Assembly: GCA_964622095.1 (NCBI GenBank)
Contig: CAZUPP010000001.1
Coordinates: 67,393 to 131,392, forward strand
Reading direction: 5' to 3'
From: an uncultured Verrucomicrobiales bacterium
GTDB lineage: Bacteria > Verrucomicrobiota > Verrucomicrobiia > Verrucomicrobiales > CAZUPP01
DNA: 64,000 bases
A program made the translations under genes and the position numbers. Below the pieces are notes generated by a model. That model had not been told where the DNA came from, did no database searches, and saw only the letters and a program-made list of their open reading frames with translations. Positions 9,088 to 18,544 of this stretch are shown here, in pieces (the first letter of the stretch is position 1; the number at the start of each line of letters is the position of its first letter).

Positions 9088-9789
9088 ATGAAACCCGCCA
9101 TCTCATCCATCTTCATCCCTGCCCTCGCCATGATCACTGCAAACGGCGCCATCTCGGCTCCCTTGGATATTCTGGAAACGTTGCACCCCACCGTGATGCA
9201 GGTCACCTCTGAGTTCGACCAGATTCCCGCTGAACGCCAAGGTGAACTGAAAAAAATCGCCTTGGCCGTTCGCTCAAAAATTGAAGCCGGCGAAGAACCG
9301 CAACTGACTTTTATCTGCACCCATAACAGCCGGCGCAGTCATATGAGCCAAATCTGGGCCCAGACCGCGGCCGCCTACTATGGTGTGCCAGATGTCAAAA
9401 CCTTCTCGGGCGGCACCGAAGCGACCGCCTGCAATCCTCGCACCGTGCGTGCTCTGCGCCGGGCCGGTTTTTCGGTCGTCAATTCGACTCCCCAGGCGGA
9501 TAATCCTCACTACCTGGTTCAATATAGTGACGCCTCCGCCCCTCTCGAAGCATTTTCCAAAGTTTATCATAAAGACGGAAATCCCGAATCTGATTTCATC
9601 GCCGTCATGACTTGCTCTGATGCGGACGAGAATTGTCCCATCGTCAAAGGCAGCCTCCTGCGCGTCGCCATCCCTTATGTTGATCCCAAGGTATCTGACG
9701 ACACCGATAAAGAAGACGCCACCTATGACGAACGCTGCCACCAGATCGCCCGGGAAATGTGTTACCTCATGTCTCAGGTCAAAAACTGA
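9088..9789 (+). CDS. arsC: LMW-PTP-family arsenate reductase (thioredoxin-coupled ArsC type) with a roughly 70-aa N-terminal extension
   Basis: The P-loop is LTFICTHNSRRSHMSQIW (C-X5-R). The distal Cys pair in VMTCSDADENCP matches the B. subtilis-type C82/C89 relay. The gene sits within an ars cluster. Confidence 0.75.
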   Translation: MKPAISSIFIPALAMITANGAISAPLDILETLHPTVMQVTSEFDQIPAERQGELKKIALAVRSKIEAGEEPQLTFICTHNSRRSHMSQIWAQTAAAYYGVPDVKTFSGGTEATACNPRTVRALRRAGFSVVNSTPQADNPHYLVQYSDASAPLEAFSKVYHKDGNPESDFIAVMTCSDADENCPIVKGSLLRVAIPYVDPKVSDDTDKEDATYDERCHQIAREMCYLMSQVKN

Positions 9790-9887
9790 ATAACCCTCGG
9801 CTCGACGGCGGCCTTCCAGTTTCCTTGATCAAAAATTAATCAAATTAATTCCGAATCCCGACATCGCGCCCATCAACTTCGTTAATC

Positions 9888-10721
9888 ATGAAAGACGTCA
9901 CTTCTGCTGAAGATGCCATAGCTCCAAACACGGATACGCGGGATCTTGTTCGGGAAAAGTATGCTGACATCGCTCGGGGCGAATCAAGCTGTTGTGGCAA
10001 GCGCACCGCGGCATCTACCTACGCCGAAGTCGGGGAGGATTACGCGGCCATTGATGGCTACGTTCCTCAAGCCGATCTCGGATTGGGTTGCGGGGTTCCT
10101 ACGGAATTGGCCGGGATGAAACCGGGCCATACCATCCTCGACTTGGGCGCCGGCGCGGGAAATGACGTTTTCATCGCCCGGCGTGTCGTCGGCGATTCTG
10201 GCCGGGTCATTGGTGTGGATTTTACGCCGGAAATGATTGCAAAAGCCGAAACCAACCTCGCCAAGCTCGGCTACCGCAATGTCGAGTTTCGTCAGGGCGA
10301 AATTGAAGACTTACCTGTATGCGATTCCGTGATTGACGTGGTTATCTCTAACTGCGTCCTCAATCTGGTGCCGGACAAAGCAAAGGCCTTTTCTGAGATC
10401 TTCCGTGTGCTCAAGCCGGGCGGACACTTTTGCGTTTCGGATATTGTTCTTGAAGGCCTTCTGCCGGAGAAAATCCGGACCGCCGCGGAGTTTCACGTTG
10501 GTTGCGTGGCCGGCGCCATGCAGAAAAAGGACTACCTCAGCACCATCCAGGCTCAGGGTTTTGCAGCCATTGAAATTGTGAAATCCCGCGCGATTCATAT
10601 TCCCGATCAGGATCTGCTCGAGCACCTGACCTCCGATGAACTCGCCGCTTTCCGCGCTTCAGGCACCCATATCCTCAGCGTCACCGTTCGGGCCAGTCGC
10701 CCTGCAACTCAATCTGCCTGA
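9888..10721 (+). CDS. arsM: Arsenite S-adenosylmethionine methyltransferase
   Basis: Contains VREKYADIARGESSCCG, DLGLGCGVPTELAGMKPGHTILDLGAGAGNDVF (SAM motif I), NCVLNLVPDK and FCVSD. This is the conserved ArsM Cys set and methyltransferase fold. Confidence 0.85.
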   Translation: MKDVTSAEDAIAPNTDTRDLVREKYADIARGESSCCGKRTAASTYAEVGEDYAAIDGYVPQADLGLGCGVPTELAGMKPGHTILDLGAGAGNDVFIARRVVGDSGRVIGVDFTPEMIAKAETNLAKLGYRNVEFRQGEIEDLPVCDSVIDVVISNCVLNLVPDKAKAFSEIFRVLKPGGHFCVSDIVLEGLLPEKIRTAAEFHVGCVAGAMQKKDYLSTIQAQGFAAIEIVKSRAIHIPDQDLLEHLTSDELAAFRASGTHILSVTVRASRPATQSA

Positions 10722-10954
10722 ACGCTCAGGGTTTATTCCGTTTTTCCTCAATCATGTGACCAAGCGAGCGAGAGCGTCCCCGCTCTCCGTTATAACCACG
10801 GAGCGAACCAAGCCACTCGCACATCACTTGGCTGACCATACCAGTCGTTGAAGGCGTGATCAGCCAGATCATTCCATGCCGGAGAGAGGGTAGGGCGCAT
10901 TCTCCCCATAGGCTGTAATCACAAAAGTAGGCGCTGCCCCCAGCCAGACAAGAA

Positions 10955-11081
10955 GCCACATTCATCTGCGATGAACGAACGTTCATTCTTGGTGCGCCCG
11001 ACACTCCCGCCTCGGCCCGACCCCGCACCCCATCTTTTTTCTCTTTTTTGTCGCCCGAACGTTCCGGACGTCCCGGACGTG
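10955..11081 (-). repeat. Intergenic structured element, copy B (inverted relative to copy A at 52859-52991)
   Basis: On the minus strand it reads ACGTCCGGG ACGTCCGGA ACGTTCGGG, an A-tract, a G-rich spacer, then GAACGTTCGTTCATC-GCA-GATGAATGTGGC. It shares 18-nt and 13-nt identical blocks with copy A. Confidence 0.5.
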
Positions 11082-11329
11082 TCGCGTCCCTCTTTTTCTT
11101 GAGGTAGGTTATACATAGAGGAAGGAAAACCATCCATGGCATGGGCGATGATGATCTCTCGCTTCAGCCGCCTTCTTCCATCCCCATGCCGGCAGTCTCT
11201 CTCACCCCACATCAAGCCCATTTTACCTTTCGGTCAAACCATCGCCAGCTCCTTACTCCCTCATTCTCAACCATCAAAGCAGATGGATTTTTTTCTGTTT
11301 TACCGAATGTTCGGTAAAATGCGCCGCCC

Positions 11330-12490
11330 ATGAATCCCCTCTTCCTCCTTCAGGCTGTCTCCTTCTTCCGGGTATTGGGTGACAGCATGATGGCTCTGGC
11401 CTTGCCTTGGCTCGTCCTGCAATCCAGCGGCAGCGTTTTCTTCACCGGCGCGGTCGCATCCGTCGGGTTGAGCGCCACCTTTCTGGGCGCTCTTTTCAGC
11501 CCATGGATCATGCGTCGGATCGGCTTGCAGGCGTCGATCCTCCTCAGCCTTGGGGCCAGCCTCGCTGGTATTGCCGGTCTCGCCTGGTGTTTTGCCCAGC
11601 CCACCCTCCCGATTGTGGCCCTCTTTCTCTTTGTCCCTCTGGATCGTGGCCTTGATGCCACTGGCAACATCGCCCTGGAAAGCCGGTTCCCTGAGATCGC
11701 CCGTTGCTTCATGGTCAATCTCTCCAGCCTCAATGCCATCAAAGAAAGCCTCGCTCTCGGGGCCATGACTCTTGGCGCTGCCGCGGCGGGAGCCCTGCTC
11801 GCCGCTGCTCCTGGCGCGACCACCCTTCTCTCTGCCGCAGCTCTTACTCTGCTCACCCTCCTTCTCTTTCTCCCCTTATCCCGGCTTTACCGCACCACCC
11901 GGCGGCGATTCATCCCTCCACCTCTCGGGCAAACCGCTCTCTGGCTGTGGCGTCACAAAAAGCTGCGCTCTCTGGTCATTCTTTTGCTCGTGGTCATGGC
12001 CAGCCTTGCGGGGCTGGATGACATCGTGCTCCCCGCCTACATCGAATCGGCCAGCGGCAACCCGGTTCATCTCGGCTGGATTCTCGCGGCCTACGCTATT
12101 GCCGCGCTGATCAGTTCCCTCGCTTACGCCCACTACGCGGCCATGCTTCATCCCGCCCTGCTTATCCGCACCGGCGTCATCGGCGTCGCCCTCTTTTTTG
12201 CCGGCCTCGCTCTGGGTCTGCCGATTCTGCCTATGCTCATCCTCACCTTTCTCAGCGGCCTTCTCTCAGGTGCCCTCGGTCCGGTCATCGATACCAGTTT
12301 CCTGCTGGAGACCCCTAAGATTCATCGCACCGGCATGTTGACCGCCCTGAATCTCCTCGTCACCGGCAGCGCCCCTCTCACCGTCATCCTCTACGCCACG
12401 CTGATCGATCTGACCTCCGTTTCTGTCTTCGGGACCCTCGCGACCGGTATGATCCTGCTCACCTTGCTCCTTCCTTTGCCCAAAAAATGA
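11330..12490 (+). CDS. MFS transporter
   Basis: 386 aa with about 12 hydrophobic helices. The N-terminus LLQAVSFFRVLGDSMMALALPWLVLQ is typical of the MFS_3/EntS-like group. Confidence 0.8.
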   Translation: MNPLFLLQAVSFFRVLGDSMMALALPWLVLQSSGSVFFTGAVASVGLSATFLGALFSPWIMRRIGLQASILLSLGASLAGIAGLAWCFAQPTLPIVALFLFVPLDRGLDATGNIALESRFPEIARCFMVNLSSLNAIKESLALGAMTLGAAAAGALLAAAPGATTLLSAAALTLLTLLLFLPLSRLYRTTRRRFIPPPLGQTALWLWRHKKLRSLVILLLVVMASLAGLDDIVLPAYIESASGNPVHLGWILAAYAIAALISSLAYAHYAAMLHPALLIRTGVIGVALFFAGLALGLPILPMLILTFLSGLLSGALGPVIDTSFLLETPKIHRTGMLTALNLLVTGSAPLTVILYATLIDLTSVSVFGTLATGMILLTLLLPLPKK

Positions 12491-12555
12491 ACTTTTTTCA
12501 GAAAAACATCGCCTCGTTCATCTTCTGTTCATCTTCGGTGGGGTAGCTTGATCTC

Positions 12556-13269
12556 ATGAAACTCCTGCTCATCGAAGATAACGACCAGCTCCGCAAGAGC
12601 GTGGTAGAGTACTTGAGAGACGAAGACTTCACCGTGGATAGCGCGGAAGACGGCTTCGAAGGTCTCTACAAGATCATAAACTGGGACTATGACCTCATCG
12701 TCCTGGATGTCATGCTCCCCGGACGCGATGGCTGGGACATCCTGGGTAAGCTCCGTGACATGGGCCTGCGCACCCCGGTCATCATGCTCACCGCCCGGGA
12801 CCAGCTGGATGACCGGCTCAAGGGCCTCAATCACGGGGCGGACGACTACATGACCAAACCCTTTGAGATGGACGAGCTCGTCGCCCGTATCCGGGCCGTC
12901 GTTCGCCGGGCGGGCGGCACCCCCAACCCTCGCCTTACTCTGGACGATGTGACGCTCAATACCTCCCAGCGCACCGCCTTTGTAGGTGACTCCCAGATCG
13001 AGCTTTCCGGACGGGAGTTTTCCCTCCTGGAGATCCTCATGACCCGCCATGATCAGCTCGTCACCCGCGACTTCCTGCATGGCCGGCTCTTCGACGAAAA
13101 TGACGAGAGCTACTCAAACATGCTGGATGTCTACATCTATCGGCTCCGCCAGAAGCTGGGCCGGGACCGCATCCAGACCCGGCGCGGGCTGGGCTATATG
13201 TTCTGCACGAAAGCTGATCCGCATACTGCTGAGGTGAGCAATGGCTCCTCACTCTCACCCGCTGACTGA
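12556..13269 (+). CDS. OmpR-family response regulator
   Basis: The receiver is MKLLLIEDNDQL...DLIVLDVMLPGRDGWDIL...MLTARD...DDYMTKPF. The winged-helix C-terminus is LSGREFSLLEILM...IQTRRGLGYMF. Confidence 0.9.
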   Translation: MKLLLIEDNDQLRKSVVEYLRDEDFTVDSAEDGFEGLYKIINWDYDLIVLDVMLPGRDGWDILGKLRDMGLRTPVIMLTARDQLDDRLKGLNHGADDYMTKPFEMDELVARIRAVVRRAGGTPNPRLTLDDVTLNTSQRTAFVGDSQIELSGREFSLLEILMTRHDQLVTRDFLHGRLFDENDESYSNMLDVYIYRLRQKLGRDRIQTRRGLGYMFCTKADPHTAEVSNGSSLSPAD

Positions 13270-13271
13270 AT

Positions 13272-14762
13272 GTGAACGCCTCCAAGGCCCCAGCTTTCTC
13301 TTCATCATCCGCCCCGGTTAAAGCGCGTTCTCCGCAGCGTCGCCCGCGGATTCACGTGCCCCCATGGCACAGTATCAAGTGGCGCGTTTTCTTTTACTAC
13401 TCCCTGCTCATCCTCCTCACGGTAGGGCTGCTGAATCATCTATTCTATAATTTCGAGCGGAACTCCCAGATCCGCCTGACCGCCATGGAGATGAATCTGG
13501 AGGGCGTCCGGATTCTCCCGCTCTTTATTGCAAATCCGGGCCGGGAAAGACGCTCGAGCAACCGTTCACGTCAATTGACGCAACTCCAGAAAACTGAGGA
13601 GGCGGGGAGCTTCATCTACTTCTTCGGCACCGGCGGAGATGTTGAGTATGCATCGGATCACGCGCCTGATCCGGCTGAGCTGAATCTGCCTGCCATCTCG
13701 CCCCGACCCTCTCAACAGTTCCTCCAGCGTGGTGACTTCATCCTCATGCTTCATGATCATCCCCGCAGCCAGCGTATCGTCATCGGCCGGGACCGTCGTG
13801 AATTGGATAAAATGGTCCGGGCCGAGCTATTCCAGGTTTTGCTTTGGAGTGGAGGGGTCGCTCTGGCTGCCTGCAGCTTCGGGTTCCTCATGCTGCACGT
13901 CTCACTTCATCCCCTTTCCCGGATCAGCGCCGCGGCCGAGCGGATCGCCCGGGGAAACCTGCAGGAGCGCGTTTCTACCCGGGACCCCAATTCCGAAGTG
14001 GGCCAGCTTACCCGGGTTCTTAATAATACCTTTGACCGTCTCGAAGATACCCTCAACCGTCAGGTGCGCTTCACCGCGGATGCCTCTCATGAACTGCGCA
14101 CCCCTGTCGCGGCCATGCTCGCGGACTGCCAGTTTTCCCTGAAGAAAGAACGTCCGTCTGAAAGATACAGGGAGACGATTGAAGTTTGTCACAGCTCCGC
14201 TCAGCATATGAGAGCGCTTATTCAGGATCTCAGCCAGCTTGCATCTTTTGATGGAAACAGCGCTGAGCTGGTCTTCGAGCCACTCGATCTTCGCGATGTC
14301 TTGCGGCGGTGTCTCGATATTACAAAACCTCTCGCAGAAACTCATCAACTCACCCTCGAAAGTGACTTGTTTCCCGCATGGACCCTCGGTGATGACCGGC
14401 GCCTCTCTCAATCATTTATTAATCTCTTGAGCAACGCGGTCCGCTACAATCGGCCGGAAGGCAAAGTGGTTGCCCGATGCGGCCTTCATTCAAAAAATGG
14501 CGCGAGCCAGGTTTATGTCGAAATCCAGGATACCGGCATAGGTATTCCATCGGATCAGCTCGATAAAGTCTTTGACCGGTTTCACCGGGTCGATCCCTCG
14601 CGCAGCCAGAAAACAGGCGGCAGCGGCCTGGGGCTCGCCATTACCCAAAGCATCATCCGCGCGCATGGCGGCAGAATTATTTTAACCAGTGAGCTGAATA
14701 AGGGCAGCTGTTTCCGCGTCGAGCTGCCCGTCTATGATTTTGCGCGGCAGAATGTCGCATGA
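13272..14762 (+). CDS. Sensor histidine kinase (TM-HAMP-HisKA-HATPase)
   Basis: H-box FTADASHELRTPVAAM, N-box LLSNAVRYN, G-boxes IQDTGIGIP and GGSGLGLAITQSI. The GTG start is 2 nt after the regulator's stop. Confidence 0.9.
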   Translation: MNASKAPAFSSSSAPVKARSPQRRPRIHVPPWHSIKWRVFFYYSLLILLTVGLLNHLFYNFERNSQIRLTAMEMNLEGVRILPLFIANPGRERRSSNRSRQLTQLQKTEEAGSFIYFFGTGGDVEYASDHAPDPAELNLPAISPRPSQQFLQRGDFILMLHDHPRSQRIVIGRDRRELDKMVRAELFQVLLWSGGVALAACSFGFLMLHVSLHPLSRISAAAERIARGNLQERVSTRDPNSEVGQLTRVLNNTFDRLEDTLNRQVRFTADASHELRTPVAAMLADCQFSLKKERPSERYRETIEVCHSSAQHMRALIQDLSQLASFDGNSAELVFEPLDLRDVLRRCLDITKPLAETHQLTLESDLFPAWTLGDDRRLSQSFINLLSNAVRYNRPEGKVVARCGLHSKNGASQVYVEIQDTGIGIPSDQLDKVFDRFHRVDPSRSQKTGGSGLGLAITQSIIRAHGGRIILTSELNKGSCFRVELPVYDFARQNVA

Positions 14763-14843
14763 CATAAAGGTCCATGAATGAGCGTTCGATTTAATCCGTC
14801 TTGTTAGGTGCTAAGCAATTTTCACCTTGCACATTTCAAGACA

Positions 14844-15998
14844 ATGAAACCCAGTCGATTTTATATCATATTACTTCTCTTCCTTTTAGGAGCAGTGTTC
14901 GGTATCCCTGCTCAGGGTAAGACCTATACTTACAAGGGCGGACAGATTCAAGGCAGCACCTCTCAGGGTTCGGTCGCTCACCAGAGCCTCGCAACCTGGG
15001 GATTTCCCCAAAGCACCCAGCTTTTCTGGAATCCGGGAAACCATGATAAGGGAACCCTGTTAATCTCCGTTCCCCAGGATTTACCTGCGGGTTCCTATCG
15101 AGTGAAAGCCAAGCTGACTCTGGCCCCCGTCGCCGGCACCTTTACTTTTCTCGCTGGTGATACTCGTCTTAGTGAAATTGTAGATTGCCATCATTCCGAA
15201 ACAAAACCATTCGGTAAGACAGTAGATCTCGGGGAAGTCAACTGCTCGCCGGGCGGGCAATTTACCGTCAAGCTCATCGGAAAGAGTTCGGCTTCAAGCC
15301 ATTACTACTTTGGTCTGGACGGAATGTCCTTTGTCTCCACCTCCCACGACACCATCATTATACCCACTCAGGTTACCGAATACATTTCGCCTCGTGCGGA
15401 ATGGCAAACACGCCGTTGGCATGATTCGAAGGACAAAACCGTTGGGCCCACCAGGCTATCTTCTTATGGAAGTGCTCCGTCTGAGGTTTCAGCTGCAGGA
15501 CGCCAGATCCAAGCAGGCTTCCAACGGTTTTACCGGAAGAACGGTCTGAACAAATACACTCGGGTCACAAATTTTCTGGGCCACATCCGTTTCCCTGACA
15601 TCGCGAAAGAACTCGGCTATCGCCCGGTCAAATCTGCCTATCTCAAGCTTACGTTAGTGGGCACTCGCGGCTTCCAGATGGATGGTGTCGCCTCAAACGC
15701 CCTTCGATCATATGCTACGAAATTGACTCGTCCCACCCAGGAGTATAATGGCTGGAATGAGACGGATCGTGATTTCATCACTGAATTGCCTGACAAAAAT
15801 GGGCAATCCACCGAATACGCAAGTATGGAAAACAACGCCATCATCATAGATGTCACGGATACCGTTGAGCGCTGGCGCCGCAATTTCCTCCCAAACCACG
15901 GCTTTATTATTGAGGGGCCCCGTCATGGGCGCCAGGAGAATAACGATTACCACCACTCCATTTATGAGTTCGAATTAATTGTTGAAGTTGAGAAGTAA
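14844..15998 (+). CDS. Secreted hypothetical protein
   Basis: Signal peptide MKPSRFYIILLLFLLGAVFGIPAQG. The ORF opens at 14808, but the Met at 14844 starts the signal peptide. The body is beta-rich, and the C-terminal NHGFIIEGP/ERWRRN region is reminiscent of DNRLRE-type domains (weak). Confidence 0.55.
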   Translation: MKPSRFYIILLLFLLGAVFGIPAQGKTYTYKGGQIQGSTSQGSVAHQSLATWGFPQSTQLFWNPGNHDKGTLLISVPQDLPAGSYRVKAKLTLAPVAGTFTFLAGDTRLSEIVDCHHSETKPFGKTVDLGEVNCSPGGQFTVKLIGKSSASSHYYFGLDGMSFVSTSHDTIIIPTQVTEYISPRAEWQTRRWHDSKDKTVGPTRLSSYGSAPSEVSAAGRQIQAGFQRFYRKNGLNKYTRVTNFLGHIRFPDIAKELGYRPVKSAYLKLTLVGTRGFQMDGVASNALRSYATKLTRPTQEYNGWNETDRDFITELPDKNGQSTEYASMENNAIIIDVTDTVERWRRNFLPNHGFIIEGPRHGRQENNDYHHSIYEFELIVEVEK

Positions 15999-16027
15999 CC
16001 ACCACAATTAATCCAACGAGCCTGTAA

Positions 16028-16061
16028 CCAGCGAGGTTTTGCCTGAACAGAACCTCGCTGG
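16028..16061 (+). terminator. Terminator-like hairpin (no U-tract)
   Basis: CCAGCGAGGTT-(12 nt)-AACCTCGCTGG is a perfect 11-bp stem 30 nt after the stop at 15998. No T-run follows. Confidence 0.3.
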
Positions 16062-16131
16062 CCGCACGTAGACTGAGCGCTTTCCTTCCGTCAATTCTTG
16101 TCCTAACCTCTCCCCTTCACACCCTTCCTTA

Positions 16132-16881
16132 ATGGTTTCTCATTACTTCGCCGGACCCGTGATCGACTCTGCTCCAGCTGCTGCCAACTCGCCAACCTCC
16201 CCTAAGCGCGGGCTGTTCATCACCTTTGAGGGTGGGGAAGGCTCCGGCAAAAGCACCCAGATCACCCGCCTTGGCCAGGCCCTGAATGACGCTGGCTTCA
16301 AAACCGCCATGACCCGGGAGCCCGGCGGCACGCCCATCGGGGAAAAGATCCGTGACTTGCTCAAGCACGACCCTGCCGGGCAACATCTGACCGACGAAGC
16401 GGAGCTGCTCCTCTTCGCGGCCAGCCGCGCTCAGCTCGTGCGCCAATTCATCGAGCCCCGTCTGGAGCGCGGCGTCTTCGTCCTGAGCGATCGGTTTTTG
16501 GATTCCACCACCGTTTACCAGGGCATCGCGCGGGGGCTTGGCATCAAAACGGTCACCGCGATCAACGAGCTGGCCGTTGGCGGGCTCATGCCGGACATTA
16601 CCTTCCTGCTCGATATTGACCCGGACAAAGCACAATCACGCATCCGCGCCCGGCAACTGGAACTGGCCTTTGATTTTGCTGACGGTGAAATGGCTGACCG
16701 GCTGGACAGCGAAAGCCCGGAGTTTCATCGCATGGTCCGGGATGGATATCTCGGTCTGGCCCGCAGTCATCCCCGCCGAGTTCATGTTCTCAATGCGGAT
16801 GAACCGGTCGAAGTGATCGCCGAACGCATCATCAACCATCTTTGTACGGAATATGGCCTTCCCCTGGCAAAAAGCCTTTGA
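16132..16881 (+). CDS. tmk: Thymidylate kinase
   Basis: Contains GLFITFEGGEGSGKSTQITRL (P-loop), TREPGGTPIGEKIRDLL, and the DRFLDSTTVYQG DRY/H-like motif. Confidence 0.9.
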   Translation: MVSHYFAGPVIDSAPAAANSPTSPKRGLFITFEGGEGSGKSTQITRLGQALNDAGFKTAMTREPGGTPIGEKIRDLLKHDPAGQHLTDEAELLLFAASRAQLVRQFIEPRLERGVFVLSDRFLDSTTVYQGIARGLGIKTVTAINELAVGGLMPDITFLLDIDPDKAQSRIRARQLELAFDFADGEMADRLDSESPEFHRMVRDGYLGLARSHPRRVHVLNADEPVEVIAERIINHLCTEYGLPLAKSL

Positions 16882-17842
16882 ATTTCTTTGCCGCGCACAT
16901 GACTCCGGGCGCCTGGGTCACGCCTATCTCATTCAGGGTCCGCGTCGCAGTGGCAAAATGCAGTTGGCCCACCAACTGGCGGCGCATTTAAATTCCTCCA
17001 CCCTCAAGAATCCGGATGCGGTTACCCAGCATCCGGACGTGCACACTATCGCGCCGGAATCAAAAAGCCGTCGCATCCTCGTTGAGCAGATCCGTGCTCT
17101 GGAACATCCCTTTCACCGCAAACCCAACGCGGGCCCGTATAAAATCGGGATCATCCAGGATTGCGATCGCCTCCAGCCGCAGGCCGCCAACGCTTTTCTC
17201 AAAACGCTCGAGGAACCTCCCCGCGACTCGCTCCTCTTGTTGCTGACGGAATCGCCCGAGGCACTGCTCGACACCATTATTTCACGATGCATCGGCGTCA
17301 CCCTGCTGCCGCGGGAAACCGTAGTGACGGAACGCGACGACGAAAAAGAAGAGTTACTTCGTATTCTGCAGCATGTTCATGGCAACGGTGAAGATGCTCC
17401 CATTGCCGCTGCCTATTCTCTGGCCCGGCATTTTGGCGAGCTGCTCGGCCGTATCCGCGCTGAGGTTACAGCGGATCACGAAGATTCTCTCAAGGAAGAG
17501 GAAGCGCATTATAAAGATACGACGGAGAGCAAAAGCTATCTCGACTCCCGAGAAGATTATTATAAAGCGCTCACGGAATCACTCTTCGCCCGGCGCCGAG
17601 GCGAACTCGTTGAAGTTCTGATTGAATGGTGGATGGACGTCCTGAAACTGCACCAGGGTCATGACGGTGGACTGGCCTTTCCAGACTACCGCGAGGTGAC
17701 CGGTGCCATCGCTCAGGAACTTAATTTTTCTGAAATCATGCGACGCCTTCAAACGGTGCAGGAACTGCACGATCACCTGAATCGGAATATTCAGGAACAG
17801 CTGGCCCTCGAAGTGGCTTTTCTGAAAGCTTGCCCGGCGTGA
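16853..17842 (+). CDS. holB: DNA polymerase III delta' subunit
   Basis: Contains GRLGHAYLIQGPRRSGK and ANAFLKTLEEPP. It sits downstream of and overlaps tmk, which is the conserved tmk-holB order. Confidence 0.85.
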   Translation: MAFPWQKAFEFLCRAHDSGRLGHAYLIQGPRRSGKMQLAHQLAAHLNSSTLKNPDAVTQHPDVHTIAPESKSRRILVEQIRALEHPFHRKPNAGPYKIGIIQDCDRLQPQAANAFLKTLEEPPRDSLLLLLTESPEALLDTIISRCIGVTLLPRETVVTERDDEKEELLRILQHVHGNGEDAPIAAAYSLARHFGELLGRIRAEVTADHEDSLKEEEAHYKDTTESKSYLDSREDYYKALTESLFARRRGELVEVLIEWWMDVLKLHQGHDGGLAFPDYREVTGAIAQELNFSEIMRRLQTVQELHDHLNRNIQEQLALEVAFLKACPA

Positions 17843-17847
17843 GCGAA

Positions 17848-18513
17848 TCAGTTCTTCGGATCTCGCGCGGCCCAGATCAGACCGCGTTTGGTCAATTCAC
17901 GCGCTTCCGGAACATCAAAGTCCACCAGTTTATGGCCGAGCGAACAATAAAATACGCGGCCTTCGCCAAAACTCTTTTTCCATGCCACCGGCATCTGCAC
18001 CCCGGCACACTCCGTCGCGCCGGTATAGGGCGCACTGTAAACGGATGATGCAAGGATGTTAATCGCCGGGTCGACATGCATATAGTATTGCTCAGAAACA
18101 ATTTCAAAATCACCCAGTCCCGCACAGATGGGGTCACGTGGCTGCACCAGGTTTACCGTCCACCGTTTCACATTTCCCGGGTGGCCCACGAATTGTCCGC
18201 CGACCATTCGCTGAAAATCGCAGTGCTTCCGGAAGGCATCGCCCATCCCTCCATGCCAGCCCGCACAGCCTACCCCGCTTGTAATAGCCTCCCTCATTCC
18301 CGCCCAGGCTTCACCGGGTAATTCACCCATCGTCCAGCACGGCACGAGCAGATCGTATTCCGCCTTTAACTTTTCGCCATCGGCGAAGGCCATCAGGTCA
18401 TTCGCCAGATCGACTTTCCATCCTTCCTTGCGAAGCTCGTTCGCAAATAAATTCGAGCACTCTTCCGGTTCGTGCCCTTGCCAGCCTCCATAGACAATCA
18501 GTGCACTTGGCAT
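17848..18513 (-). CDS. ThuA-domain (class-I glutamine-amidotransferase-like) protein
   Basis: MPSALIVYGGWQGHEPEE...HGGMGDAF...GGQFVGHPG...YYMHVDP resembles the ThuA/trehalose-utilisation family. Confidence 0.65.
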   Translation of the reverse strand: MPSALIVYGGWQGHEPEECSNLFANELRKEGWKVDLANDLMAFADGEKLKAEYDLLVPCWTMGELPGEAWAGMREAITSGVGCAGWHGGMGDAFRKHCDFQRMVGGQFVGHPGNVKRWTVNLVQPRDPICAGLGDFEIVSEQYYMHVDPAINILASSVYSAPYTGATECAGVQMPVAWKKSFGEGRVFYCSLGHKLVDFDVPEARELTKRGLIWAARDPKN

Positions 18514-18544
18514 GGTTTTAATGCTGTTCAGTCAATTATGATGG

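Noticed and set aside
10726-11221. Overlapping minus-strand ORFs of 138 and 100 aa in the arsM-MFS gap
   Set aside because: They are low-complexity Gly/Arg/Lys-rich and mutually overlapping in different frames. The only similarity to the ORF at 52749-53279 is the short TSGTSG...NERSF produced by the shared DNA element. I treat the region as non-coding with a repeat.
8451-16131. Possible genomic island integrated at the 3' end of tRNA-Asn (ars genes, MFS, two-component system, a more AT-rich secreted-protein gene)
   Set aside because: There is no integrase, recombinase or mobility gene. I could find no direct repeat of the tRNA 3' end near 16000-16130. The idea is kept only as a remark in the ars finding.
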